The translations under genes were made by a program, and so were the position numbers. DNA of 63,873 nt, the filler included, from Intoshia linei (taxonomy: Eukaryota; Animalia; Orthonectida): NCBI GenBank assembly GCA_001642005.1. It is 6 parts of 6 records of this genome, joined end to end, with 100 filler letters (N's around TTAATTAATTAA, not from the genome) between each part and the next. Parts side by side here need not be neighbours in the genome. Positions count along the whole stretch, not along the records: positions 17,916 to 41,165 come from LWCA01000566.1; 5 more parts are not named here. One strand, given 5' to 3'. A model generated the notes under the pieces. That model saw only the letters and a program-made list of their open reading frames with translations, had not been told where the DNA came from and ran no database searches. Shown here piece after piece: positions 26,201 through 40,009 of this stretch. The stretch's first letter is position 1, and the number at the start of each line of letters is the position of its first letter.

Positions 26201-29200
26201 GAATCTGGCAACTTTATAAAAGGATCTAGTCCAAGAAGTAAAAGCGTACGTGTTGTGTTTTGTCTAAGAATACAAAATTTAAAATAATTTAACTGATTAA
26301 AATACTTGTGTATAAATTTAGCTGCAACCATTAGAGGTGTATATCCTTTTGCATCGCGAATATTCATATCAAGATTTTTAGCAAACAAATATGATATCAA
26401 GGCGGTTGTTCCAAAAAATAGAGAAAGATGAATAATACTGTATCCTATTGTAACAAAATTAATATAAAGTTTATTCAAGTGTTGTTTAACCAGGAATGCG
26501 AAAATTCGAAAATTTGAAAATATGATGAATATATTTTTTATTTTTTTTTAATAATTATTATAAGCTTACTTATATTATTAGCATATAATGATATGCTTTC
26601 CAATATTTGTTTGTGTGTCACCGTTTATTTCAATAACTACCAGTCTTAAAATTTTATAAAGTTCAAATTTCAATTACACTTTTTTCCGCGGGTTTTAGCA
26701 AAATAAATTTCAACCTCCGAAACTCACATCTTACGGATCAAAAACACAATTGTCCTTTTAATGAAAATCAAACGAGTTTGAGAATTTAAAAAAATGTATA
26801 CTCTTATACGGATTTTAAAATCATAAATATTATCATAAATTTTAAATTAAAAAAAATATATCTTCAGGGCTAAAACCCCAAATTAGCCTTTTTTTTTAAT
26901 GAAAACAGCCCTAGAATTTTTAAAAAAAATTACAGATGGTACATTTGTATCATATTAACATATTAACATACACAAAAAATTTCAATTTGAATAAGTGACG
27001 ACTTCACGGTAACAAAAGCATTTTAGTATTCATATATTGTTTTTCCAAAATATTTTATTAACACATGTAAAACACAAAATGTGAAATAATTAACAGTCCG
27101 AAAATTAATAAAAAGATTATTCTGATAGAGCTTATTCCAGTTGATATAAATACAAAATTTCAACCACAGAAATCTACGCATTCCTGATGAAAAATAATTA
27201 TATTATCAACCATTATTTTTCAAATATTTCGATTAACCATAATGTAAAATAAAAATTGAAAATGTAAATATTGATCCTATAATTTCAAAAAAAAATGTGC
27301 ATTGACGTCTACACATTTCCAATAAAGAAATATGGGTGAAAATCTATATAATTCATTCCTTCGCAATTTTTTAATCTCAAATTCTTATTTTCAAAATATT
27401 TTGTTTAAAATGTAAATTAAAACTACAACAACGATTACTAAAAGTAATCCAACTTTGTTATTATGATTTTTATATTTATTACAATCCTTTGCAATATTGG
27501 TAAAATTCACCTTAAAATATGTTTATAAAGTGCTGATTCCGTTAATTATTATACATAATTGGTATTTTTAAGTATTTATTAAATTTGGTTCTGAATATGT
27601 ATTGAAAATGACAAAATAGGTTTTTATAATTTTATTTTTTCTGGAATTTATGATGTTTATGACAATTTTTAGGATTGGACTGTTTTTACTTTATTTTTAA
27701 TATTATACACACATTGTGTCTAATATGTTAAAAAATGGGATAACAATTGTTTTTAAAATTCTTTACGCAAATGTTAACAAACAAAAAATTAAGATGAAAA
27801 TAATTCACTATAAAGTAAAAAGTAATGTGATATGACGGTTCCACCTGAAACAAGTTTGGGAACCACTCTTTTAAAAGATTGATAATAGTGAATAGTAGGA
27901 TTTTTAAAATAGATTTTCAACATGAATTTATTTTTTTGGTAGAATAAAAATGTGCCCTTGGCAGAGCTGCGTGCTGTTTGACGTAGTACATAAGAATCAA
28001 CCTAGGAATATATAATATTGACAGTAATAATTCTACTGTACCATTAAAATTATATTTACAAGTGTATATACCCTACTATACACTGTAGATTACCTTCCTT
28101 ATCCAAAATGGTAGTGTCTGCTTGACATTCGTTTATAAGATAAACAATTGCATCATAAGAAGCTTGTCTAAATTAAAAATGTATATAATACGCATTATGA
28201 ATTATATCATTATATATGAAAGTAAAACAAAATTTTTTTACCAAACTGTAAGGTTGTCTTTCCTTTTTAACTTAAGCGATAAAATAATTTTACAAACCAA
28301 AAATCTTAAAAGTCCCCTTGAAAGTTTGGTAAAAAAAAATCTTAAAAACCCCATTTTAAACTGTTAAATCTAAATTTAAATTTTATATGTATATAAAATA
28401 ATTTTAACAAAATCTTTTACAAAAGCGACGATTTCCAAATAAAACTTTACAAATTGACGTATACTCGTAATAAACACCAACGGTATACAATTTATATTAT
28501 GATTTAATTAAATGTACCGAACTGCCCAATGTAGTGGAGTTGAAATAAGTGTACCTCCCTTGCAATTGACATTACATCCATTTGAAACGAGAAATCTAGA
28601 AATTAACAAAAATATACATGTATTTAAATTTTAAATTAACAATATGTATAAATGTCAACATTTTGTTAATTTTTCAAAAATAAAATATAATTCTTCCTTA
28701 TTTTGATATTTAAAAATATGAAAAATTAAATACCTTCCTTTTCATTTTTTAAGTTTAAGGAAAAAATGGGAGGATTTAATTTTATATACATTTATATATT
28801 TCGTAGTGTAATAGATACTTATAGGGATTTATTAACCGAGGTATCATTGTATACCGAAGATGAATAATTAACTTTGATAAATAAACTTCATTGATTAGAA
28901 AGTGTATTTGGTAAATTTTAACTATTACAATGAAATTACAATGCATTTAGTCTTTATAATGGTCACCTAAAAGCTGAAACAAATTTAAAGTCGTAGACAA
29001 ATTTACATGAAACCTTACATCCATTTTGTAGCTATTTATTACAATTGTAAGGCAATCCTGTAATTATCAATGAGGTTAATCAATTTTCAAAACAGTGAAA
29101 CAATTAATAAGATTCATGATGATAATTATAATGCATGTATTAAAATAATAAATAATTATTTATTAATTATTTACATTATAATCTATTCAATCTGTTTAAG

Positions 29201-29369
29201 TTAAACAGTTTAACCCATACCTCATAATTTCAACCCTATTGTTTATTGAAGCCCAGTGCAACAAGGATATACCATCATTTGATTGTAGAGTGATATCATA
29301 TCCATCATTAAAAATAGAAACCAACTCATTTAATTGTCCTTTTTGTACAATTACCACTGCAGAATCCAT
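23300..29369 (-). CDS. ZDHHC17: Ankyrin-repeat DHHC palmitoyltransferase (ZDHHC17/HIP14 family), multi-exon
   Basis: Exons: [65 protein letters not shown] segments, KYKDPGV, and [38 protein letters not shown] (about 23884-24040). 3' end uncertain. Confidence 0.9.
26563..28005 (+). mobile_element. Longest (about 1.44 kb) non-autonomous Helitron copy, in a ZDHHC17 intron
   Basis: Degenerate 5' end (..CTTACTTATAT..TTTGTTTGTGTGTCACCGTTTATTTCAA), internal sequence shared with many other copies, 3' hairpin and CTAG at 28002-28005; no TIR or TSD. Confidence 0.8.
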
Positions 29370-29749
29370 TCTTTTAAAAATAAGATTGTTTTATCAAGGA
29401 AATGTTTATGTTAAACAAATAACTAATATTATGTATTATAAAATATATTTCTTTTGGTATCAATCTTTTCGAAAATGGAGATATGAGTCAAATTAAATTA
29501 TTTTTATAAATATTGTAACAAGCATGTAATAAAGTTTAAATAAAATGAATATAAAATTTTGAGTACAAATTATTTATTTTTGTGTAAATTAGGTATATAC
29601 ATTAGTATTTAAAACTGACAAAATATGACTAAATAACTGCATTTGATAATATTGATATCCTTTTGCTATTATTGTCAATTAATTATAGAGAAACATCTTG
29701 TATATCACAAACCGAAACAACATTAACTTACACCCATGTTATACACCTA

Positions 29750-30626
29750 CTAGGTTGATTGTTATGTACTACGTACAAACAGCACCTAGCTCTGCCGAGA
29801 GCACATTTTTATTATACCAAAAAAATAAATACACGTTGAAAATCTAACTTAAAAATCCTACTATTCACTATTATCAATCCTTTAACAGTGGTTCCTAAAT
29901 TTGTTTCAGGTGGAACCATCATATCACATTACTTTTTACTTTAAAGTGAATTATTCCACTTAATTTTTTGTTTGTTAACATTTGTGTAAAAGAATTTTAA
30001 AAACAATTTTCTATACCATTTTTTTAATTCATTAGACAGAATTTGTGTATAATATTAAAAATAAAGTAAAAACAGTTCAATCTTAAAAATTGCTAGAAGA
30101 TAATTATTATTATCATTTTACATGTATTATTTTTTTATATAGGATAATATAGACTCTATTATGGACAAAAAAGAAAAATTTTAAATTTTAAGACAATGTA
30201 AAAATATTTCCGTTACATTATATCTGTCAATAACATTAAAAATAAAAAATACATTTATAAAATTTTCCTAAAATCGCGATCCCCCTGTAGAGAAACTCTG
30301 TAAAACCTGAACGCTATAGTAAATAATTCATTTATTTTTATGTTTCATTAAAATTTTGGAATGGTAAACAAGTCAATTGAAATCTCAAAGATAATAGTAA
30401 AAATTAGCATTTTGAAGTAAGATTTTATTATTCAATTTTTTGTGGTAGAATAAAAAAAATCCCCTCAGCAGAACGAGGATACTGTTTGTGCAAAGTACAT
30501 AACAGTCAAGCTATTATATTAGTACAATAACATATATATTTTACATTCTTTATATAATATATCTGGAAAGTCAGCCCTCGGCAGATCTGGATAATGTTTG
30601 TACGAAGTACATAACATACAAGCTAG
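29750..30626. mobile_element. Cluster of Helitron 3' ends (minus at 29750; plus near 30513 and at 30626)
   Basis: Same terminal hairpin/CTAG motif on both strands. Confidence 0.7.
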
Positions 30627-30866
30627 TTTAACAATTATACAATGAATAACAAAATAGTTATTCAATGTACGCCCATTACAGAAAATTGAATTAATTTTCA
30701 ATTCAAGACATGTGGTAACATGTTAACATTAATTAAAAATAAAAGTCATTGCACTTTTTTTAATTATTAAAGTTTACTTATGCTGTCATTGTTAATAAAA
30801 AAACTTAATTTTACATTTAAGAGTTTCAATTTATATTTTCTTATTTTAGAATAAATACGTTAAATC

Positions 30867-32163
30867 ATGATAAAAAGTATTGTAATAGTCTATATATTTG
30901 CATTTATATTGAATATTGCATCGATACATAATGTACCCGAGAGTATTATAACATTGGTGATTCAGAAAGGAAATATGTCACCAATATTTGTCAAAATTGG
31001 ATTGTATGGTACATTTTAAGATAATATACAAGCTTTTAAAATTTTGGAAAATATTTAAAAGAAATCAAATTTAATAGTGTTCAGTTTTTACAAAATTTAA
31101 TTGTATAATATTCAGTCAAAACTACCTAATGCAAGAACTTAACGCATATTTATGAAAAATGTACTTTTTTTTATTTTTAAACTAGTTTGACTGTTATACT
31201 TGGTACAAACAGCAGCTAGCTCTTCCGAAAGCGAACTTTTTTAATTTTGCAAAAAAAATAAATTCAATAAATCTTACATAAAAATTCTACTATTCCATAT
31301 TTTCAATCCTTTAATGGAATTGTTTCCAAGCCTGTTTCATCATATACCGGGAATTTCACATTAAATTTAAATTAATTATTCCCACCAAATGTATTTTATT
31401 TTGAAATAAAGGGAAAATTTGGTTTTTGACCCAATAAATACTCAATTTCGTAAATGAAACAGATAAAAACATTACATGCCAAAAAATGTATTAGAAATTT
31501 GATTTTTTTAATTTTAGCATTGTTAATTTTTTAAAGGAACGGTAACACCCAACCAAACATTCAGTTTTATGGACATTAAAGGATGTCGGTAGGTCTTAAT
31601 AAATTTTACAAGTCAGGTTGATACAGACGCCCGCTCTGTTTGTGTGTTAATTTGGAAATCGGGGACAGATATCTGAAAAAAATGAGTAAAACTGTAAAAA
31701 GCTTTCAGAATAATGTTTTTATTTGGTTACAATTTAATTTTACTTTTTAGATTCAATTGTGCCAAAAACTGTGGTAAATTTCAAATCACTTTGTGTTTCC
31801 GGTAAGTACAACAATTCAATATTTCATTATGTAGAAAATGGTATTTTGATAAGAGGAGGAGATTGGGAACATCATGATGGGTCAGGAAATAACGCTTTTC
31901 TAGGTGGATATTTTAAAGATGAAAATTATGAAATTAACCACAACTTACCTGGAATTGTGAGCATGTATAATACTGGAAGAGATACCAATGGATCTCAGTT
32001 TATCATTAATATCACAAAATCTATTGGACTGAATGGAAATAATGTTGCTTTTGGGGTTGTTATTGAAAATTTGAAAGATATTATTCTGCTCAGTCGTTCA
32101 CATACTAATTTTTATAACAAACCAAAAGTGAATATCACTATCATTAATTGCTATTTTAATTAA
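30867..32163 (+). CDS. Divergent secreted cyclophilin, probably catalytically inactive (exons 30867-31008, 31751-32163)
   Basis: Signal peptide MIKSIVIVYIFAFILNIAS; VKIGLYD|SIVPKTVVNF, FHYV..IRGGDW..DGSG, FKDENY, NGSQFII; open frame; active-site residues substituted. Confidence 0.88.
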
Positions 32164-32972
32164 AATTTCAACTCGTTTTGTATTTTAATGCTTTTTACAT
32201 CATTTTTTTACATATATATCATTTGATAGCATTGTATACCTAGATTGAACGGTTTAATTTGCATACTCAAAAGTAAAATGGGTCATTAAGTGCTTCACAC
32301 TATCACACTTATCACACTTCTAGATTGATATCTATTAGAGGTGTAATTTACATTTGAAATTGTCTCAAGTCTCTTAATTTATCTACATCTAATGATTTCC
32401 TAGAATATAATTTTTCGACCCATGATCCTACTAAAAAATTACATTGTTATGGACACTGGTGCCCACATAGGACGCTATCAACCAGAACTCTATTCTCTAC
32501 TTATTATAATATTCCCCATTTCTTTCCCCATGCAATCCTCAATTTAATCCAATTCAACAATTTTTTTGCACATATTAAATCAAATTTACATAGAATATGT
32601 AAATTGATGTGAAATTACAATTAAATTGTGCAGATAAATTTAAAAAAGGCACTAATCAATTAAAATGTTAATAATACACATTAATGTATATAACTACACA
32701 AAAGTGCTAATATAAATGAAAACAAGTGCATATATGGATGAACAACTCTGTATGTAAAGAATCCTTACTAAGGATATCACAATTATGAAGATAAGGGGGA
32801 CAGGTATACGAACGGACTTGTTTTCAGGAAAAATAATGAAACAATAAGAGAAGTTTACTGTCCACATCATTTCATAGCATATAATATCTAAACTTTAAAT
32901 ATTAAAGTATCAGAATAATTTAAACTAACAGTTACTTTACTTTAAATAGCAGTAGAAATAACAAAATTAGTA

Positions 32973-33612
32973 CAGTAAACATTCAAAAAGTGACCACTTT
33001 TTTGGGCAAGTTGTCACTTTTACCACTAAAGTTAAAATCATAATATCACTATAGTTACATATTCTTTAAAATACAGTATTTATTTTACATACCATACATT
33101 TATCATTTTAACAATAACTGAAACAGAAGCTGATTGATTAATCGACTAAAATTATTAATTACGTTGACCCGTCACCTTAAAAATATATTAAAAATAAGAC
33201 GAGAAATTTCTAAGCTAATCATATATTATTTGTATATTATACAAAAATATTTCAGAGTGGTTTCATTTGAAACACTTGAGGGCTGTATCATTTTGCTTTC
33301 CAATAAATCTTCTAGATTCTTTGGACAATGTTGTTTTGCATAATTTCTAAGATTATTAAATATTGCATAGATTCCATCCTTTCTTAATTCTTCAAAATCT
33401 TCCAATTCTTTATTTTCTGCTATATTGCTATTGTCAATAACGTCATTAATTTGGTCTTCAATAAAATTGACATGTTTTAATTTATATTTTTGGACACTTT
33501 TTCAAAGAGAAATTTATTTATATTAGTATGGATTTGTTATATTGTCTTAAAAAGTGGTCACTTTTGGAAGGTGGTCATCTATACGAAGTGGTCACTTTTC
33601 GAGTGTCTACTG
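32973..33612. mobile_element. Tc1/pogo-type non-autonomous element
   Basis: TA|CAGTAAACATTCAAAAAGTGACCACTT ... AAGTGGTCACTTTTCGAGTGTCTACTG|TA; TA target duplication; a right end recurs near 54230-54254. Confidence 0.8.
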
Positions 33613-33614
33613 TA

Positions 33615-34650
33615 GTTAATTTGGACAATTACCAGTAAAATTTAGCACAAATTGACAGTAATATTTTTCAAATTTAACAGTGATATTGTTGATTATGACA
33701 ATTTCTAAAAATTAACGGTAATAATTAAAATAATAATTAATTAAAATTATATTATTTAATATATATTATATTTTAATTAAAATAAGTATACGTTAATTTA
33801 AAGTTTTTTTTGTAAATGGTCGCTTTTGTAAAATATTTTGTTAAAATTATTTTATATACAAATATATAGTACAGTAATTTTTTTTAACCAAACTTTTGAA
33901 GGGTTTTGAAGATTTTTTTAACCAAAGTTTCAAGACGGTTTATAAGATTTTTTTATTAACCAAACTTTGAAGGTGGGTTTTTAAGATTTTTTTTATTAAC
34001 CAAACTTTCAAAGAGGGTTTTTCGATTTTTTTAAACCAAAGTTTCAAGAGCGTTTTCTTTCAAGAGGGTTTTTAAGATTTTGTTTATAACCAAATATATT
34101 ATTGTAAACAGTAAATTAATTTTTTGTTGAATGATTTGAAAATGTAAATTACACTACTCAGATATTATAAGATTCATCCAAGATGAATCATCATTAGGGC
34201 GGCCAAAAGTTAATAAAGTTAATTTTTGTTATGTTTATTGGCATGAAATTACAAGCATGATGATATTAATATTATTCAACTCATTAAAATTTGATAATGT
34301 TACAAAGGTTAATAAAGTTACATATTGAAAAAAGTGATTTTAAAGTACATTTTTTTAAAATAAAAATATTGTTATATCAAAAATTATTTACATTCACTTG
34401 CGATTTAACAAGTCATTTTAATTTTATATTATTTATGACATAGATTGATATAGTAACAATACAGGATCACCTAATAAGATTAAAAATAATCCTAATATTA
34501 GTTGACGTTAGTTGATTACGCAGTAACTGCTAGTTTAAGAAATTCTACTGTCAATTTAGTAAAGTTACTGCAAAAAATTGGCATAACTACTGCTCAAAGT
34601 GTTACTGGTAATTTAAGTAAAATGTTACTGCTAGTTTAAATGTAACCATA
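33615..34650. repeat. Foldback-like repeat region with about 33-bp tandem units
   Basis: Degenerate ..ACAGTAA.. units at the left mirrored by ..TTACTG.. units at the right; internal TTTTTTAACCAAACTTT..AGGG..TTTTAAGA array at about 33880-34090, also seen inverted near 28290-28440. Confidence 0.5.
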
Positions 34651-34912
34651 AAATTAAAATTTAAGGCTTAAAATATCATAACAGACACAATATATCAAAT
34701 TTATCAGTAGACGAGTAGACAGTAGATAAGTAACATAATGCAAATAATAATGATTATATATTTTAATAATTTATCATTGCATATAAAATAATTCAAAATA
34801 ACTCAAAATATCATATGAACGTGAAAGTATAACAAATGTGATGACGTGTCAAAAATAAACTTACAATTAAGATATTTTAAAATTTATTTGTATTTGTAGT
34901 AATTGCGGTAAA

Positions 34913-37334
34913 ATGATATTGGAATTTTTTTTAACAATTTTTATTCTCACCATAAATTGTTCAGCAAAAACAAAGCTTAAAGATGCAATTGTTACTGATC
35001 GAATCAAAATGATAATTTCTGTTGATGGCAAAAATCAAGATGTTATTTTGGGTTTGTTTGGTATGTTTTTGATTTGTTTTAAACTTTACCAATACTTCAC
35101 TGAATTAACACTAATTCAGTTATTAAAAGTTCTATTGTCTCTCGAAAATATTAAAACTTTTCTATTATGATATCATTACAGGTCGACCCCGATTTGGGGC
35201 ATCAATTTTCGCAAAGTGCCCAAACGGTGGGGTACCCCAAATTCAGAGGTTTTTGATAAAAATAATTAAGTTCAATGTATAACCGTATATTAGAAGATTG
35301 GTGATTAGTAATCCCTGATTACATCGTTTAAATTTTTATATACATATATTTATATTATGCTTATATATAAATGTATATTTATTTGTATATTTTGTAGATT
35401 TATACAATTATTATTATTCAGGGGTGTCAATTATGTGGCCCTCGGGCCATTGCCGGCCCCAATTATGGAATGTGCGGCTCGCATTATAATATAAATTTTT
35501 ATTTTTTACACATATTTCTTATTTTACAGTTTTTTCATATATTTATTCATGATTACAATTTTTGCACTTATTCCATTTTTATTGTTTCATATTTCATTTT
35601 ATGAATTAAAATTATTATAAATTAATTAAATCTGTTAGTTTTAACATAATTTTTTGAGTAAAGATTTTTTTGTGCTGTCCGCGTAATAATTTTTTTTCAC
35701 ATTTGGCCCGTCAAGCAAATTGAGTCTGACACCCCTGATCTATAATATATATTTTATATTCACAATCACAATAATCCATTATATCTTACTCAGATATAAA
35801 TTAATTATAATAATTTATTATTATTTATTAACTTTGTACATCAACCATATTTGTCATTTTATCAAAGTCTAAAAATTATGATTACGCTACTGCCCACGTT
35901 GAGAGCCAATGATCTAGAGTCTAAACAATAACAATTATTAAATTCGCATGTTGACCCACACGGCTCAGGTCACCTGAATATGTTAAGATTTAAATAAGAT
36001 TGAATATTTAATATATTAAAAAAAAGACAATACAAAAATAATTTATTAAAATATTATTTTTTTATCGTTTTTATTATTTAGTTTTAAACATTTCCGATAA
36101 TTTTCTTTCTGATAATTTAACATTTTTTAATAAATTTGCAAATTCTAATTTATTACAATAATTTAATTTTGGCACTTGTTTAAGAATAAATAAATATATT
36201 TTTAATTTAATATAATTAGATTTCTAATTTATTTTGCCCCAAAACGGGGTTAATTTCAAGTGTATTGCTATGCGATAGCTGTAAATGTTAAGAAATTAAC
36301 ATTACATTAGCAAAGTGCTTCCATATCCGGTCGGACTGTATTATTATTTTGTTGTTATATTCTATTGTCTAGAGTAGTGCTATCCACCCTTTTTCACTGC
36401 GCAACACAAAATTTTAAATACGATTTTTAGGGATTTTTTTGTATACAAACTTATTATAGGTTCCAGTTTATTTACGAAATTGACAGGTAGAATTTTAAAA
36501 ACACTAATTTCTAATACAAATTTTCGAGGATTAGATTTTTTCGCAAATTTAATTGCAGAAATGAGAGCCTTTTAGGGTAAAAACCACAATTCTCCTGTTT
36601 TTAATACAACGAAACCTATAATTTTTATACATCTACATTCTGGTACAGATTTTAAAATCATAAAAAGTTCCCTTGACAAATTTGGCCATTATGTTATCTT
36701 ATTTTTTTGCGGAATTAAAAATTTTTGGTTACAAAAAGTTAGATTTATAGGTCAGATAAAGACATCCTAATTATAAATTAAATATATTAAATTAATAAAA
36801 AATTTGTGCAAAAATTAACTTTAGACTAATGGGATAAGTATCAAAAACTTAAAAACTGTGTGAGATAATTTAGAAAAGTAATGCAGTAAACTGTTTTATA
36901 TTTTATTTATATTTGAAGGCGAAAATGTACCTGAAACCGTCAAGAATTTTAAAGGATTATGCTCTAGGCCTGATCGCGGTTTCTCAAAATCAAAGTTTCA
37001 TCGTATAATCAAAGAATTTATGATCCAAGGAGGAGATTTCACAAAAGGAGACGGAACTGGAGGTGATTCATTGCGTGGAGGAAAATTTGACGATGAAAAT
37101 TTTTCGGTCAGTCACGATCAACCTGGAGCTCTATCCATGGCAAATGCTGGTCCCAACACGAATGGTTCTCAGTTTTTTATTACTGTGGTGCCAACTTTAT
37201 GGTTAGATGGAAAACACGTAGTGTTTGGTAGAGTTTTAACAAACTATGAATACATTCAAAAAATTAGTAGATTAGATACTCATAACGATGTTCCTAAACA
37301 TAGTGTTGTAATTGAAAAATGCATTGTTCTTTAG
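34913..37334 (+). CDS. PPIB: Cyclophilin B-like peptidyl-prolyl isomerase (exons 34913-35060, 36919-37334)
   Basis: Signal peptide, [10 protein letters not shown]|[61 protein letters not shown]: complete catalytic set. Confidence 0.92.
35419..35737. mobile_element. hAT-like MITE in the cyclophilin intron
   Basis: TIRs CAGGGGTGTCA / TGACACCCCTG; related copy about 23098-23281; no clean TSD; appears nested in a TA-flanked element at 35179-36338. Confidence 0.7.
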
Positions 37335-38254
37335 ATATTAAAATTTAATTTATATTTTTTTCTCTTATGCAGTCTACGTTAAGTCCAACTGTTCTAAAAC
37401 TAACTTGTGATTTACTGATTCTCAATTGTAAGTTAAATCAACATTTTAACTATGGCTACACAAAAACCCATTTATTGTACCTTGTCGGATACGGACATGA
37501 TGTTCTGGATTAATTTAATGTTATAATTATAGTTAATATTTAAATTACGCATTAATCCTAAAAAAAAAGAATACAATAGCTTAAAACTGATTGATAAAAA
37601 TGAAATGTAGTAATTTTGTTCGGCTGGTCATAAATTGAATCTATCAACAAATAAATATTTTTAATCTTTTCAGCTAGCCTGTCACGGTTTACTGAGCACC
37701 AGTGAATGTGACCAATTTATGACACTTCAGTTAACCAACAATCAATTTATATATAGTTGTTATGCCGTCAAATAATTAATAGCTTTAATTGTAAAATTTC
37801 CAACTTGTAATTGCAGTTGACTCAGTAGTTCAATTATGAGACTGCCCGGTTATGTAATATAGCACTATGGTTAATTACATTTTAATATGACTAATTAATT
37901 AAATCATTGCTTCAATTGGAAAATTTCAAATAATAAGGTAAATTCTAAAGTATTATAAAGGTAGATTTTAAATCGTAAAATAAAAATGAGTTTAAATTTA
38001 TTGAATATACAAGCTCGTGCAATAAATTTTATAAATTGATTTGGTCATGTAAATTTTGAACTTATTAAAATGTTGCAATACGTGATGGTCTGGATTAGTT
38101 TTAAGTGCAATCGTAATTTAGCACAATTACAACGTGAAATGAATTTTTCTAGTTTATTTCACATAATATAATTTGTTTTAACCCTATTATGTTGAAAATT
38201 TAGAACTGGTAAAAATTATTACAAACATTGGAATCGATTTGTAAAAACTCGAAA

Positions 38255-39379
38255 ATGAATTTGGAAGACCAAAAAGCTTTCTTGTGGACGCTTGAATTGG
38301 CATATTCAAATAACAAAGAGATTCTAGATGTTGATAGTGCTACAGATAACATGATTCAAATTTTAACTCACACGCTCGATAATTTACCCATTATTCGATG
38401 GGAAAAGGATCCAATTTTTGATGTCATTTTGTCATTTTATGATTTATATTCTCTAAAATTATACAATTCGATTATACAGAAATTTCAATTGCTTCAATCT
38501 CCTAACTATCAAAATAAATTGTGCACTATATCCAAATTGATTATATGTCTATTTGGTAAAACAACTCATTATTCGTTGATCAAAATTTTGATTAAAATTA
38601 TTCCAACCATTTTTAGCAAAACTATTAGACATTTATTTTTGGATTGTGCTGTTGAAGATCACAACAATTTTATTTACGTTAAATGTAAAGACAATTGCCC
38701 TCATGTTGTTGAATATTTTTGCTCGCATGATGGTTTCAATACAATTAAAAATACGATTGAAAATATAAATATTGACATGGATAACTTGCAGTTGATTGAT
38801 TTTTTTCAAGCAGTGTTCGAATCTCGATTAGATTTAAAGGATGTGTACCACGATAAATTCATTCAGCCCATTGTTAGTGTGGCGTGTAACAGAATCATCA
38901 TTTTTTCTACAAGAATTAAACTAGAAATATTTCAAAATCTTAAATATACCACTGATATCTTCACTGTGATTGGAATGCTGGCTGTAATTAACGAACAGAA
39001 TCAAAAAAATGAGGAAAATTTAATTCTTATTGAAGACACTTACCTCATTTTTATCTTGACTCTTATTAAACATTCTACCATGAGTTGTCGCTTGTATGCG
39101 ATCAAATCTATCAATTGCGTTTTGGATTATATCACCGATGAAGATAATAAAATTGAAAAGTACACTAAATTTGTTTATCGCATGAATTTTACTATTCCAA
39201 AAATTTCTCAATGGTGTCAAAGAAATAATATCACTGAAGTCGTACTCAGACAAAACTTGCATCATAGTATTTATGTATATCATTTAACGAAACTTTTCCG
39301 TTTTTGTCTTGCAATTCCTGGTTATAATGAGGTTGCTTTCAAAAATTTATGGGATACTCAAATTGATGGAAAACATGAG
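38255..39379 (+). CDS. USP9X/fat facets-like deubiquitinase, N-terminal exon only
   Basis: RLYAIKSINCV..ISQWCQRNNITEVVLRQNLHHSIYVYHLTKLFRF..NLWDTQIDGKHE matches USP9 ([42 protein letters not shown]); donor GTATTT at 39380; remaining exons not on this contig; true start may be upstream. Confidence 0.75.
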
Positions 39380-40009
39380 GTATTTTATTTTATTTATATA
39401 TACTCCCTCACAGCAATTTTGCAATTGTTAAAAACTAGTCTCACTGATATTGTAAGTTTCCGAATTTTTTGTGTATTAATCAGCGAAGCAAGATGTATTA
39501 TATGTTAAAAAAAATGGGCCGAATTAATTCGTAGAAATTTACCTTTTTCATTTATATGTAGATATGAAAGTCTCAATAATTTTGCAAAACAATAAATATA
39601 ATTATTTATTAACCCTTTCACTGTCTGTGTATTCTATACTATACACAGCAATTGCACTTCACACGTCTGTATATTCCATGGGTTCTTAACCTTTTCCACT
39701 ACTTAAAATCGATTTGGCACCCCAAAAATTTAATAAACTTAACTTCGATTTTTTTAATAATAAAATCATAGTAACAAAAAATTAAATATTTTGATTAGTC
39801 TAGTTTTATCTTCTATTCAAAAGACCCAAAATTAAGTTATTTGACATAAGTAACAAACAAAATTATTATAATTAAAGATTTATTATAATAATTATTATAA
39901 AGTATTACAATTTTACATTACAATAATTAAGAACAAATTAGTATAATTATACATTATTATATATTATATATATATATTTTCAATTATTTCTAAAAACCTA
40001 GGAATTTTG

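Noticed and set aside
33880-34090. CRISPR-like regularly spaced repeats (also 45860-46090 and 56850-57040)
   Set aside because: Units are contiguous and degenerate with no unique spacers, no cas genes, and the context is eukaryotic.
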